Part shown: piece by piece, positions 63,901 through 64,000 of the stretch
Layout: every line of letters begins with the position of its first letter
Position numbering within the stretch: the stretch's first letter is position 1
NCBI RefSeq assembly: GCF_001447785.1
Contig: NW_015175426.1
Coordinates: 256,575-320,574, forward strand
From: Gekko japonicus
Lineage: Eukaryota
Direction of reading: 5' to 3'
Length of the DNA: 64,000 nt
Notes under the pieces: model-generated
What the model saw: only the letters and a program-made list of their open reading frames with translations
Told to the model about the DNA's origin: nothing
The model's database searches: none
Program-made: the position numbers and the translations under genes

Positions 63901-64000
63901 GTTCTGCCTCATGGTGAAAGAAGGGAAGTAGATAAGAAAGAGCAGATACTTAGACTTCACCCCAACTGCGATGCGCACAACTCCAGCTCTGTCTGCCTCT
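57921..64000 (-). CDS. Integrin alphaM/alphaX-like I (vWA) domain protein ending in a matrilin-like coiled coil (5' part outside window). Exons: >64000-63961, 59632-59482, 58105-57921
   Basis: EADRAGVVRIAVG|VGLGFLSTTAQQELQAIASAPATEHMFHVRHFTDLGNTPHQLREKICSRR G resembles ITGAM EADREGVIRYVIG|VGDAF...[38 protein letters not shown], with the same intron position and a 151-nt phase 0/1 exon; phase-1 terminal exon GPAVPQPIIPPQSPDTC...VLQKLERVLSGLDAISAKLDSLAIRQGKC...*. Confidence 0.8.
58410..58855. mobile_element. Inverted Penelope-like pLTR interrupted by a 5S-derived SINE (about 58465-58727, minus)
   Basis: 15-bp TSD GGGTCTAAGCTTTCA at 58450-58464 and 58728-58742; the insert carries a 5S-like head on the minus strand. 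Confidence 0.7.
59839..60234 (-). mobile_element. hAT-type MITE, same family as 1498-1893, opposite orientation
   Basis: Near reverse complement of 1498-1893; same TIRs; TSD not preserved. Confidence 0.8.
61251..61606. mobile_element. hAT-type MITE (CAGGGGTCCCCAA TIR)
   Basis: CAGAGGTCCCCAA ... GGTTGGGACCCCTG; degenerate 8-bp TSD CCTTAAAA / CCTTACAG. Confidence 0.6.

Overview
Vertebrate (squamate, probably gecko, judged from Sauria SINEs, 5S-derived SINEs, Penelope and CR1/L2 fragments) genomic DNA orthologous to human 16p11.2. Genes, left to right: SH2B1 (-, 3' part runs off the window; 1-nt/2-nt frameshift in the large first coding exon), ATXN2L (+, complete, 23 coding exons), TUFM (-, complete, 11 coding exons, one GC-AG intron), RABEP2 (-, 12-nt microexon, ambiguous start, C-terminal Rab5-binding exon not found), and at the right end the 3' part of an unusual gene in which integrin alphaM/alphaX-type I-domain exons splice to a terminal exon encoding a Pro-rich linker and a matrilin-like Cys-flanked coiled coil instead of the rest of an integrin. 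That predicted soluble, oligomeric I-domain protein is the main candidate for an undescribed system. Gene order differs from human, with ATP2A1 absent from the window. Introns and intergenic DNA hold hAT MITEs with 8-bp TSDs, Penelope pseudo-LTR hairpins with minimal hammerhead motifs, SINEs, LINE fragments, several tandem duplications and three assembly gaps. Exon coordinates were derived by eye from splice signals and remembered protein homology; no searches were run.
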